DNA of 62,669 nucleotides, the filler included, from Globobulimina sp. (taxonomy: Eukaryota), in assembly GCA_003354225.1 (NCBI GenBank). It is 44 parts of 44 records of this genome, joined end to end, with 100 filler letters (N's around TTAATTAATTAA, not from the genome) between each part and the next. Parts side by side here need not be neighbours in the genome. Positions count along the whole stretch, not along the records: positions 49,937 to 51,262 come from PIVH01018606.1; positions 51,363 to 52,688 come from PIVH01018607.1; positions 52,789 to 54,114 come from PIVH01018608.1; positions 54,215 to 55,540 come from PIVH01018609.1; positions 55,641 to 56,966 come from PIVH01018610.1; positions 57,067 to 58,392 come from PIVH01018611.1; positions 58,493 to 59,818 come from PIVH01018612.1; positions 59,919 to 61,244 come from PIVH01018613.1; 36 more parts are not named here. One strand, 5' to 3'. Shown here piece after piece: positions 49,939-61,727 of the stretch; position 1 is the first letter of the stretch, and each line of letters opens with the position of its first letter. The notes under the pieces were generated by a model. It had not been told where the DNA came from. It did not search any database and worked only from the letters and a program-made list of their open reading frames with translations. Both the position numbers and the translations under genes were made by a program.

Positions 49939-51262
49939 ACTTTTGGCATTCTATTCATGGCCAAATGCATTGCGGTGACCCATAAAGGCAGTTACTTATT
50001 TGGCTATTTATCACTTCGGGCGGCGCAAAGTGTGCATATGAAGACGTTGTATTTTGTACTACGAGCTCCAATGAGCTATTTCAATGCCACGCCGACGGGC
50101 AGGATTCTGAACAGATTCAGTAAGGACACTAACGAAATGGACGATGAGTTGATTAATAATTTCAACCGCTTTTCGCAAGACTTTCTAATGGTGATTGGCT
50201 ACATTGTGGTGATTATAATTAGTAACTTTTATACATTGTTCATGTTGATATTGATATTGCCCATTTTATATTGGATACAAAAAAAGTACCGTCCATCGAG
50301 CAGAGACTTGAAGCGAATGACTCAAATTACACTGACACCCATAATTACACAATTCAATGAGACATTGGTTGGTTTGGACACCATTCGGGCGTATAAATTG
50401 AATAAGTATTTTTTGGATAAAATTATTTTCAAAACTAATGAAAATCACAAAGTATTTTTAACTGAACAGCTGGCACTGCGATGGTTTTCTATTGGGATGG
50501 ATTTAGTTGTTGCAGTATTTATATTCATTGTGGCTTTAATGGCGACATTGCTACGCCATCAATTTCCAACTGCTTTGCTGTCGTTATCTGTGGTTTATGG
50601 CTATGGATTGATGGGAATGCTGCAATGGGCCATCAGTGCTTCGGTTGAAGTTGAAAAGAATTTCACTGCCATTGAGAGGTTGCTATATTTTGAAGATATC
50701 GAATCTGAGGCTGACTCAATAAATTTCAACCATAGACCTCCAAGCAAACAATGGCCAAATAAGGGAAAAATACGCATTAATAATTTAAAAATGAAATACA
50801 GGAAAGAGTTAGATTTTGTGCTGCGTGGAATCAATATAAATGTGTCAGAATCAGAGAAGATTGGAATTGTGGGAAGAACCGGAGCGGGCAAATCGAGTTT
50901 ATTCAAGGCGTTGTTTCGAATGATTGAGCCCGAGGAAGGCAGTGAGATTGTTATCGATGATTGCGATATTTTGAAATTAGGATTGAATGATTTAAGGAAT
51001 AGATTGGCGATCATACCGCAGGACGCAGTGCTGTTTAGTGGCAGTGTCCGATTTAATTTAGATCCGTTTACGGAATATAATGATAATGAAATCTGGGATA
51101 TATTGAAGAAATGCGAGTTGTATGAATTTATTCAGAATAAAAATGATAAGTTGGACTATTTAGTTGGAGAGAATGGCAGTAATTTTAGTCATGGACAGAA
51201 ACAGTTGATTTGTATTGGAAGCGCATTGTTGAAGAAATCGAAAATATTATTATTGGATGAGG
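49939..51262 (+). CDS. ABCC/MRP transporter, TMD2-NBD2
   Basis: TPTGRILNRFSKD, GLDTIRAY, Walker A GRTGAGKSS, IIPQD, NFSHGQKQL, Walker B ILLLDE. Confidence 0.96.
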
Positions 51263-51362
51263 NNNNNNNNNNNNNNNNNNNNNNNNNNNNNNNNNNNNNN
51301 NNNNNNTTAATTAATTAANNNNNNNNNNNNNNNNNNNNNNNNNNNNNNNNNNNNNNNNNNNN

Positions 51363-51430
51363 CGTCCAACGCATCACCGTCCAACGCATCACCGTCCAAC
51401 GCATCACCGTCCAACGCATCACCGTCCAAC
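51363..51430. repeat. Perfect 15-bp tandem repeat (CGTCCAACGCATCAC), about 4.5 copies
   Basis: Directly visible; truncated by the contig start. Confidence 0.9.
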
Positions 51431-51468
51431 TCATTTCCTACCGATCCATTATCATAACCCAATAAAAC

Positions 51469-52569
51469 ATGTCCAAAACATTCAACGGCAATAATAATCA
51501 AGACAATTCCCATATGCATTCAATCGCGAATACCAAGAAAAAAAGCAAAATACAATATAAAATCCACCATTCATTTAATAAACGACGTCGACCACATATA
51601 TCAGGCTCAGATGCTTCGTATGCATCATCAATCGGATCATTACCATCCATCCCGTCAGACTCACAGCGCAAACCACAATTCTCTGATATTAGTACTGAAG
51701 ATAAACGTTTCATTTCTGATTTTGTTGGCCAATTAGCGCCAAAATTAAAAAATACGCTTTTTCAAATCTCTGTGAATCTTTTAAACGGTGGAATACCGAT
51801 GAGAGCAGGGACCAGTCCCCGAAATATATCTGGCGATACGCGATCGATGCAAACATTACGCCCAATCTTATTATTCGCCGGTTTTACTTCCATTGCGGCA
51901 AAAGATGGCCTAGCTATAGGAACTCGATTGGTTTTTAATGACACAAATGTGTCTAAAATAGAATTTATTGTTGAGGTTATTGAACATAATAAAAATAATC
52001 ATAATAACAATGAACAACCAAGTGATAATAAGGAAAATGAGAGTAAATCATCGGAGGCAACCTCAACAATGTCAAGTTCATCATTTTCTCTCTCTCATTA
52101 TAGTTGCGATAATATGAGCAATCAGCCACTGACCGAAGATCATGCGGGGCATAATCACGGGGATAATTCGACATGTTTTTCAGGATATTCCTCCGCCGAA
52201 TATCATGCCAGTCGTGAATTAAGTATGTAATGTTTCCGTTTCTCACCTCTTTATATAATATCTACAAAATATAAAGTGATTATAACACGGATGAGGAAAG
52301 AAGAAGCCATTGAAATTTTTATTGATATTTTGGATGATTGGAAATTGTTTAGATTTAGGAAAAAGGGCAATAATTTTTTAGGCGATGACGGCACGTATTA
52401 TTCAAGCAATTGTGGTGACGGAATAGTGGTTGGTACCACTTTACGCGGCAAGACAAAGGAGAGATTGTTAAAAAAGATTGTTGATTTTATTCGCGTGCCA
52501 GAGACAAATAAGAATAATAATGATAAGAATAAGAACAATAATAATAATACAATGGATTTAGATCAGTAA
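51469..52569 (+). CDS. Hypothetical protein, two exons (intron about 52223-52276)
   Basis: GTATGT...ATAAAG joins the two ORFs in frame. Confidence 0.55.
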
Positions 52570-52790
52570 TATTTAGATTTTATGATTTGTTATTTTACGC
52601 AATATTGTTTTTGATTCATGCTATAATCTTATAATATAATGGTATGGTATGGGATTGTGTGACATTTTATGTTTCCCAATGTGAGTATNNNNNNNNNNNN
52701 NNNNNNNNNNNNNNNNNNNNNNNNNNNNNNNNTTAATTAATTAANNNNNNNNNNNNNNNNNNNNNNNNNNNNNNNNNNNNNNNNNNNNCA

Positions 52791-54114
52791 TTGTTATTCG
52801 AAATTATCATGCGATTAAAAGAAAAGGAGCACGCTATGACCATATTCACCCCACACTTCATGACAGTATCCGAGCCCTTAAAACTCCGCATCAACGATAC
52901 AGTCGACTACCGCTTCGAAAATGGACGCTTTATCCTCTGTCGCATAGTGGAAAAACAACTAAATTATCCCAACCATATCATCAAATTACACCCTTTAGGT
53001 CGACCTATATCAGACTCAAAATATGACAAATACTGCAACATCAACACTGAATACAACAAACTCGCCATAGCCAAATCTATCTCTTTGCGCAGAATTAAAT
53101 CGCAGAAGCACATATTTACGAGCCTCAAAATCGACGATTACATCGATATAAACCCAGTGTACCGCGTAGGACACGAAGGTTGGAAATCGGGCAGAATCAT
53201 CAAATTAGATCCAAATTCCTCGCAAATTAAGGTGTCATATCTCAACCAGACTGACAAAAAAAATTATTCCTATTGGGTCCACCTGCAAAACGTCAACGAA
53301 GTGGCTGAATTTCGCAGTAAGTGCAAGGCTTTGGATGAGCACCAATTAAAGGCTGAATTCAACCATTTGGAAGAGGAATATTTGCGTTTGCGGGGACGGT
53401 CTGTGGTCCCCATGGACAATATAAGATATTCTGTGTTGAATAAGGCGGCCGTACCGAGCATACACAATATGCGTAATATGGCAATGCCATATAATTACAA
53501 TGGATATATGGACAGGAAACCGCCGCATGAAATTGCTAAGCAATCCATGTCACCAACGGTGCCCAGAACGGTGCCCAAGATTATTAAGGATGAGTTCAAT
53601 AATAATGTGAGTTCTGCAGCATTGGGCAGTAATATTTTGTTGGACGATATTGTGAATGATATGGCTGGCAACAATTATGATGCTGTTATGACACCGATGG
53701 GGGATGCCATTAAACCAAAGGCGATTCCACAAATCATCGATGATTACCAGGTGAAACACAATGATTTTAATAATAATATGAGTTCTGCAGCGTTGGGTGG
53801 TGATATTTTGATGGCTGACATCATTGAAGAGATGGACGGAGGACATGGCAACTCCGGGGATAAGGAACTAGAAACTCCCGTGAGTCCAATGGCGGATATT
53901 AAGTATTACAAAGCGATTAAATTACAGAGCTCGAATAGTGAAGAAATTGAGTATGGAGCAGTCAAAGCCAAATTAGCCAATGACTGCGACATCAAAGAAA
54001 ATGTCGTTATGCAGTGTATGCGCAATAAAAATTTGAATAAGCAGTACAATGTACCGGTGTATGGAGAGCAGAAATGTAGCAATCCCTTTGTAGGCTGTAT
54101 GGGCATGGACGAAG
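52791..54114 (+). CDS. Protein with tandem Tudor/Agenet-like domains and an internal duplicated motif
   Basis: LRINDTVDYRFENGRF, LKIDDYIDI..GWKSGRI..QIKVSY..YWVH; duplicated FNNNxSSAALGxxILxxDI. Confidence 0.55.
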
Positions 54115-54404
54115 NNNNNNNNNNNNNNNNNNNNNNNNNNNNNNNNNNNNNNNNNNNNTTAATTAATTAANNNNNNNNNNNNNNNNNNNNNNNNNNNNNN
54201 NNNNNNNNNNNNNNTTTTTAATGGAATCATGGCGCCGGCATCATTCTCGTTTGTATTATTAATCTGTTTATGCCTAATTGTACAGTTGACGGAATAACAA
54301 AACAAACATCACAAACAAAACAAACAACAAAAACAAAACAAACAACAAAAACTAATCAATCACAAAACAAACAAACAACAAAAACTAATTAATTCAATCT
54401 AATT

Positions 54405-55425
54405 TCAATCTTCAATCTTCATTGTCCATTTTCCAGATCCTTCATATTTTGTGGTTTTAACATACCATTTCCCTTCAAATTGATTGGTTGAACTCATCCA
54501 TTTTAATGTGATATCAACGGTATGGCCAAAATTTTCATATGGATCACCTGTACCACGTTTATATTTCTTCTTTAATGTAATTCTTCCTGTTTTCTTGGAA
54601 TATGTACCATTAATATTATATTCACCAACTTTATCTTTACCAGAACCATTCAATGTATTTGATGCATCATTAAACTGCAAATGAAATGGGTCCATTGCAT
54701 GACTCTTATTGTCTTGCAAATATTCTCCTTTATATAATCCAGTCTCGAACTCATTGCCCATTAATTGCAGAGCCTCTTCGCCTTCTATACCCATACTGAC
54801 ATCATGCATTGCAACCCATTTATCACGTTGACCGCCACCAAAACCACCTCGTTGCCCTCCTCTATATCCACCACGATAACCGCCTCGTTGGGTTTCTCTG
54901 TAACCACCACTCCATTCGCTAATTTCGCTCGGTCGTTTGAATTGTTGTTGACGTAATTTTAGATATGCAAATCTACACAAAATAACTATACAAATAGGTA
55001 CCAATACTGCACAAACCATAATCATAGCAATAAACGGGTTATATAATTTTTCATATTTCACAGAAACATTTGTTACATACAGTACATCTGTCATATAATT
55101 AATATCTTCTTCAATATCCGATGAAAATGACAGTTTAAGATATGATTTGTATGTATCTGTATAGTCATCGATCATTGATTGACACAAACAGTTTTATTTT
55201 CAAAATGAATGCCGAATTGATATTTGATGTAACATTGTAAAACAAATCATTTTTATTTGAAGTTACATCATTTATGGATTTTATGCCATTTACGTTAGAT
55301 TCCCTGTAATCTTTTAAAAGCGTTTCAACCACATCTAAAATATCAGAATATTGCAACAACCATTCATTGGAAATAATCGAAATATTGGAATGATTGGAAT
55401 AATTTGAATCTTTCAAATCTATCAT
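54405..55425 (-). CDS. Single-pass membrane protein with RGG repeats and beta-rich C-terminal domain; frame break near 55180
   Basis: TM FIAMIMVCAVLVPICIVILC, RGGY repeats, GSGKDKVGEYNINGTY...KKY...FEGKWY. Confidence 0.6.
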
Positions 55426-55642
55426 CCAAATATATGAGATATCAATGAAAATATAATAATCTTCATACGATTTGAGTCAATTTTGATTGGGAATGAAAGA
55501 AACAGTATGAAGAGCATTGAAAATAATCTGTAATTAGTATNNNNNNNNNNNNNNNNNNNNNNNNNNNNNNNNNNNNNNNNNNNNTTAATTAATTAANNNN
55601 NNNNNNNNNNNNNNNNNNNNNNNNNNNNNNNNNNNNNNNNTA

Positions 55643-56047
55643 AAACCAACACCAATTCGTCGACCTGTACCTGTACATAATCATATTAATGGTATTACAA
55701 AAATTAATCATATTACGCATAGTAAACAGGTCAATCATATTAATCATACGAAACCTACCAATCATATTAATCATATTAGTCATGTTGGTCATGTTAATCA
55801 TGTCAATCATTATTTTGATGCGCATATACAACCCAAACAAATGAGAAATGGCAAGGGTGATAACACAGCGGTTAATGAAGAATGTATAAAATGTGCGCGA
55901 TGTGGTTTATATAATTCCATGTCATCTGTAACATGTGTGGCTTGTTACAAATTATTAATGATTCCATGTAAAAAATGTGGTTTATTCAATCGTGAAACAT
56001 TCGAAAATTGTTCTGCGTGCTATGAACCATTTACACGTATAAATTAA
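55643..56047 (+). CDS. C-terminus with His-rich (NHI/NHV) repeats and two CxxC..CxxC zinc ribbons
   Basis: Frame open upstream of 55841 (NHINHISHVGHVNHVNH); CARCGLYN..CVAC and CKKCGLFN..CSAC. Confidence 0.7.
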   Translation, partial: KPTPIRRPVPVHNHINGITKINHITHSKQVNHINHTKPTNHINHISHVGHVNHVNHYFDAHIQPKQMRNGKGDNTAVNEECIKCARCGLYNSMSSVTCVACYKLLMIPCKKCGLFNRETFENCSACYEPFTRIN

Positions 56048-57066
56048 TCAAATTATATTAATTTATATCTTAAGTATTACATTTATATTACTTTATTCTC
56101 TAAAATCTGTTTGATTTGTCCATGATATCTGAAAACCCTGTTTTTATGTTGTTTGCTTTTTGATTCATGTTACAATCAAACTTATCTTTACTTACTGACT
56201 TTTTGTTATGTAATTTCGTATTTTTTGCATCGGAATTAATTTTAGCCACTAAAATTGTCATTTACTGTTGTGTTAAATCTCATTTTTTGTTTAAAAAATT
56301 CCCTTTTCTATCAAATATAATTTAGCACGAACTGTTTCTATAATTTTAATTCCGTTAACATTAATTTGTATTTTTCTGAATTAAAATTATAGTGTAAAAT
56401 GAGATTGTAAAATGAATTATTTTCATGTCATATTTCATCTCATTTTACCTTATTCCCCTGAAATGAGACAATGAATGTGAACTAATGTGGATTGATAACT
56501 CGTTTCAGATCATTTCACTTTATTCTACATGCCATTTCACCTCGTTTCACCTAACAAATGACATACCTCATATTTTAACATTTTCTTTTATAAACTATTA
56601 ATTTCCTTTGTTATTTTCACTTGTTATTTTTTTTTTGTTTTGTTTGTGTTTGCCATTTTAACTTCAAACAATATTATATTATTTCTATGACTCGGTCTGG
56701 ATTACTATGATAAATCCTTAGATGCAAAAACATTTTGGGAAAAAGTAGTTTTTTCGGATTTTTACGTTGCAAAACAAAATATAAAACAAGTCAGAAAAAT
56801 ATTTAAATATGACAATATGTACAAAACACATTCACAAAAATCGATACAGAGATTGATCACTTCGTAGTCTTATGCTCTTATCAATACATTAATATGTTTG
56901 AACACTATTGGGATCAATAACAAATTGCTTCCCATTCCAATTGGCTGTTGGAATTTGTTGTCCTTTNNNNNNNNNNNNNNNNNNNNNNNNNNNNNNNNNN
57001 NNNNNNNNNNTTAATTAATTAANNNNNNNNNNNNNNNNNNNNNNNNNNNNNNNNNNNNNNNNNNNN

Positions 57067-57447
57067 CCTACAGAAATTGAACAAATTGATGTAGCAAGCC
57101 ATGTATACGCATATGGTAACCAGTTATTCCAAGGGGTTGTTATGATTACAACTAACACAGGAAACTTTGCTGGACTGCCACTATCCAGAGGTGGTGTTTT
57201 TGTAGAATATGAAACACTGGAGCCTGAAAGGCAATTTATTCCTTTTTCGGCACTTCCATTTACATCAGGAAGACCTAACTACGCAAATACTGTTTATTGG
57301 AAACAATTTAATGATCAACAATCTGCTGAACAACTATTAATCACCGCACCAAATGGAGTTGCAGAATATGAACTACTTATAACTAGCCTGAAAAACGGAG
57401 CAAAAATTATTGGCAAACAAAAAATTAGGGTATCAAAACCCAATTGA
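57067..57447 (+). CDS. Bacterial protein C-terminus (TonB-plug-like, Bacteroidota style)
   Basis: PTEIEQIDV...YGNQLFQGVVMITT...TVYW; lies just upstream of the lipoprotein gene. Confidence 0.6.
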   Translation, partial: PTEIEQIDVASHVYAYGNQLFQGVVMITTNTGNFAGLPLSRGGVFVEYETLEPERQFIPFSALPFTSGRPNYANTVYWKQFNDQQSAEQLLITAPNGVAEYELLITSLKNGAKIIGKQKIRVSKPN

Positions 57448-57507
57448 GCAACTGAGTATCAAATGAAATGCTAGTATTACTATAAATTATGATGCTTATC
57501 TGGAAAT

Positions 57508-58392
57508 ATGCAGATTAAAAACATAATAATCATATTAAGTATATTGTTGTGGATTACATCCTGCATGGAAAAATATTGGCCAAATGTTGATAAATATGAG
57601 CATGTACTTGTTGTGGACGGAATGCTTACTAATGGAATAGAACCTGTATATATTGAATTATCGTACTCAAGTCCAATCAATGATCTGGAAATTATACCTG
57701 CCTGCGATGGCGAGTTATATATTACTGATGATAATCAAATGAAAATACTTCTTATTGAGTCTGAGCCAGGTATATATATAGCTACGGATAGTTCCTTTAG
57801 AGGGCAAATTGGAAGTTCTTATCAACTTCACATAAACATGCCCAATGGAAAAAAATATTTGTCAGATGTTTGCCGTCTAACAACTCCTTCCCCTATTGAT
57901 TCTGTTTATGGCAAAAAAGAAATGCATAAGGCTGAAAATTCCAACAAGACGTTATTTGGAATTCAGTACTATATCGACAATCATTCTCCTAACATTAACG
58001 ATACATGTTATTATCTATGGAGATTAACACAAACTTTTAAATATGAGGCATCTTTTACCCTCGACTATACATGGGAAGGCGAATTTATTCCCTATCCTAA
58101 TCCTGATTCACTACGTACTTGTTGGTTCACAAGCCAGATAAGCGATATTATTGTTTTCTCAACAAAATACTATGGTAACTCTGAAATTAAAAAATTTCCC
58201 TTGGTATATGTTTCAACAGAATCAAAGTCACTTAGCATTAGGTACAGTTTGTTAATAAAACAGTTATCAATTTCTAAAGATGCTTTTGATTTTTATATTA
58301 CTCTAAAAGAGCAAAATATAGAACAAGGCAATTTATATTCTGAACAACCTATACAAGTGAGGGGAAATGTAAATAATATAGCAGATATTGAA
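57508..58392 (+). CDS. Bacteroidota-type lipoprotein, DUF4249-like
   Basis: Lipobox LLWITSC; LVVDGMLTN, IELSYS, YQLHI..GKKYLS, IDSVY, RYSLLIKQLSISKDAFDFY, VRGNV. Confidence 0.8.
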
Positions 58393-58494
58393 NNNNNNNN
58401 NNNNNNNNNNNNNNNNNNNNNNNNNNNNNNNNNNNNTTAATTAATTAANNNNNNNNNNNNNNNNNNNNNNNNNNNNNNNNNNNNNNNNNNNNCC

Positions 58495-59532
58495 AATTTG
58501 CTGGCCTACAAAGCAATGACGTTGGATGTGAATGGCGAATCGGTCGAAAGGTTTAACTCCTACACTGGCTACAAATCGTACTTCAAATTTATCGCTGGTC
58601 ATTCAAAAGATTGGCTCGAAAAAAACAAATATCGAACACATTTCTATCCCGATTCGGCCGAAGACATGCCTTTGTCAGCACAAACTCGAACCGAAGCATT
58701 CAAAAAAAGAAATGTGAACATTATTGGGACTGGACCTATACTCGAAAATTATTTACCGTTCGATATCTGCGCTTCCAAGAAGCAATATCCCCCAGGCACA
58801 AGTTTAAAAATTTCGCTCTATCACAACAATGATGGGTGGAGACTTCAAACGGATACAGCCAATGTGGCTACATTTAAATTCAAAGTCAAAAACCCACGGC
58901 TTATTATATGGCGCTATATTCTACATAAAGATGTCATTGAAAATTTTAGAAAATGTTTTTCTATAGAACGACCTATAACTTACGATTTCCCCGCAATGGA
59001 AACTTATGGGCCATTTTTGATACCAAAAGAAAGCACGACATTTACCCAAAGGATTAGATATGGGAAAAGACCTAATATCATGTATTTGTTCTTTATCGAG
59101 TCTAATGCATCATCGGGGGCGATTAAAACGAATGCCCTCTATTTTGAAAATATGTCATTGCACGAATGTCAAGCCAGTTTTGGCAGTAAAAGTGTACCCG
59201 AACAAGGTTTGAAAACCGTGTTTACTATAACAGAAGGACCATTGAATTTTTATGATGCACATCGAACATTTATCGATAGTTTAGGATTAGAAGGACATGC
59301 TAGTTTTATTGCCGGGCATGAGTTCTATAGCGGTTATACATTTTTTACTTTTAAATTTGCTCCCATTATTTACTCTAGTGAATATAAAGTGCCTGAAATT
59401 GATGCAATAGGAGATTTGACTGTAACGCTTAAAAGACCCACCTCTACTAAGCTTATGCATATGTTTGCTTTTGTTGTTGAACAGAGGTCCTTGCTTATAC
59501 GTCCTAATAATACTGCCGAATTGAAAATATGA
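58495..59532 (+). CDS. Polinton/Maverick (adintovirus-like) double jelly-roll major capsid protein, 5' truncated
   Basis: Colinear by eye with Polinton MCP (F54H12.2-like) motifs: YKSY, FYPD, SLKISL, IPKE...GKRPNIMYLFFI...G...NALYF, SVPEQ, EFYSGYTFFTFKFAP, GDLTVTL. Confidence 0.78.
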   Translation, partial: NLLAYKAMTLDVNGESVERFNSYTGYKSYFKFIAGHSKDWLEKNKYRTHFYPDSAEDMPLSAQTRTEAFKKRNVNIIGTGPILENYLPFDICASKKQYPPGTSLKISLYHNNDGWRLQTDTANVATFKFKVKNPRLIIWRYILHKDVIENFRKCFSIERPITYDFPAMETYGPFLIPKESTTFTQRIRYGKRPNIMYLFFIESNASSGAIKTNALYFENMSLHECQASFGSKSVPEQGLKTVFTITEGPLNFYDAHRTFIDSLGLEGHASFIAGHEFYSGYTFFTFKFAPIIYSSEYKVPEIDAIGDLTVTLKRPTSTKLMHMFAFVVEQRSLLIRPNNTAELKI

Positions 59533-59818
59533 TGCGCGGATATCAATTGTCGGCTTTGTGTGGTAGATATGATAATAAAATAAAACCTTACTTTCGTGGT
59601 TTGTTCAATTCCGACACGATAGAGCAAGCGATTGAAATGCTCGATTTCAACAAACCAAATTTCTTCATATTCAACGCCGATCCATCCACAAAAGAGGGCT
59701 CTCACTGGTTGGCTGCATTCATCGATCTGCAAAATGAAAACTGTTTTATAGATTCGTTCGGTCATCACCCAAATTTTTACAATTTGGAAAACTTCTTTTC
59801 CAATACTGTGGGTGAGGA
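59529..59818 (+). CDS. Adenain-like (peptidase C5) capsid maturation protease, 3' truncated
   Basis: FRGLF..D, IFNADPSTKEGSHWLA (catalytic His), FIDSFGHHP (Asp); ATGA overlap with the MCP stop. Confidence 0.85.
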
Positions 59819-59918
59819 NNNNNNNNNNNNNNNNNNNNNNNNNNNNNNNNNNNNNNNNNNNNTTAATTAATTAANNNNNNNNNNNNNNNNNNNNNNNNNN
59901 NNNNNNNNNNNNNNNNNN

Positions 59919-61071
59919 GGAAAATCCATTTTTTTAATGAGCTGGCTGTCAATACTCAACTTTTGAATATATGCTTTTAAAAATTCAAACTCTGTCGGTA
60001 TTCCATGTTGTTTACAATTTGTACCAAAATGACCTCGGAAAAAGGCATCCAATCCAGTTGCAAGTGGTTTTGAATGATAATACCAAACTAATGCAGCAGT
60101 GGCAACATCATTCATTGGATTGCCTATTGTTGATAACTCCCAATCGACCACTGCTAAAATACGGATCTCTGTTGGGTGCCAAATAATATTTGCAAAGTGA
60201 AAATCACCATGAACCTAAACAATTTTATCAGAATAATAACAAACTTAGTTCTTCACAGTTCACACATATGTCTATTAATAGGGAAACATATAACAAACCA
60301 ATGTCTCAATCTCATTGTTATCTGTCTGAACATATTCATTAATGGAGGCAAAGAATTTCTTTGTTATTGGCATATGTGCAACTTCTGCAGTTTCAGCTCT
60401 TTTAAATTGTGCGTTCCATATTGCTTTTAATCTTGCACAGTGATCATAAATATTTATATTTTTCTGATTTGTTTTTTGTCGCTTCAAATATCGCCCAGAT
60501 CCACCAAAATCCGCTAGCTTTAATGCATGGATATTAACGGAATGGATCTCTGCTAAAACACGACAATATTCATTATAAACAGCATGTCGTTGCTGTTTGG
60601 ATAAACTCTCTAATATTCCACTTAAAAATACTCGACCATTTATAAATTCGCATAAATAAAACTCGGTGCCAATAATTGATTTATCGGTGCAAAATATAAA
60701 CGTTTTAGGTACGGGAACTTTGCTGTTTTGTAAGGCGGACATTACTGTGTATTCTCTGTCAATTGCATGAGCTGACGGCAATATTGTGCCATCCGGTTTT
60801 TTTCGCAAAACAAATTTTATTTTGTTGCATTGTAATAAATAGGTTGGATTCGATTGACCAAAGGCGAATTTTGATATTGATACTTGTCCCGTTTTAGGGA
60901 ATAAATCAACGTTTGCTCGAAGATATTGTACTACTTTGCCATGGTTAAACTTTGTATTTGCTCCAATTGGCGATACCTTACGTTCCTTATTTTACAGAAT
61001 TAATTGATGCAATGTAGTTAAGTTTTAACGTCAAAAGGAATTGTCGTGCAGACCGTAAAAAACGCAGACAT
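59919..61071 (-). CDS. ACAD10/11-type aminoglycoside-phosphotransferase-like domain; introns about 60987-61053 and 60215-60298
   Basis: FGQSNPTYLL, VLRKKP..LPSAHAIDREY, IIGTEFY, L|VHGDFHFANIIWHP, AVVDWELSTIGNPMND. Confidence 0.9.
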
Positions 61072-61344
61072 GTTGATGTATAAAATCAAAAACTTCTTTT
61101 AAATAAAACTTAAATTAAGTTCTGCCAGGCGGGGTATACAACTATGAGGAAGGAAAATAGGTTAATAATAAAATGTTAATGGTTCCCGATGAAACACAAC
61201 CTTTAAGAATTCAATTTTGACTTTCAATGTTTTTATTTTGAATANNNNNNNNNNNNNNNNNNNNNNNNNNNNNNNNNNNNNNNNNNNNTTAATTAATTAA
61301 NNNNNNNNNNNNNNNNNNNNNNNNNNNNNNNNNNNNNNNNNNNN

Positions 61345-61610
61345 GCAAATGCAAACGATACGTTTGTAAATGTAAACGATACGTTTGCATTGCAAACGAG
61401 TATCGTTTGCAGATGGTTTACCTGCTTTATTGAATGGATGATAAAATATATAATAAATAAATAAAAAATGGCACACAAACAACAACAGGCTATTCTTTGA
61501 TACGTTGGGGATCTTTCGAGGTACATTGGTGCTGGTTCTCATCGGATTTGGATACGTTGGGACTGGTTTGCAACATAAGTTAAAAAAACGCCTGCAAACG
61601 ATACATATTA
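61345..61610. repeat. Array of palindromic units AAACG-ATA-CGTTT
   Basis: GCAAACGATACGTTTG, GTAAACGATACGTTTGC, GCAAACGAGTATCGTTTGC, with further GATACGTTGGG and GCAAACGATAC copies. Confidence 0.75.
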
Positions 61611-61727
61611 TTTGGATGTAGTCTTACGGAAATTCGCGTTTCAAGTTATCGGTGATTTATCGATCGGTGATTCGATTCAAGTTATAATTAATTGCATTTG
61701 TCAGATCACAAAGCTTTTACGTATTAA

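Noticed and set aside
51363-51430. 15-bp repeats as a CRISPR array
   Set aside because: Head-to-tail with no spacers and no cas genes; an ordinary tandem repeat
60432-60482. Possible GC-AG intron in the ACAD10-like gene
   Set aside because: In frame and stop-free; cannot be told apart from a short protein insertion without transcripts
57067-61244. Apparent cluster of bacterial lipoprotein, viral capsid/protease and phosphotransferase genes
   Set aside because: Three separate contigs that are adjacent only through length sorting
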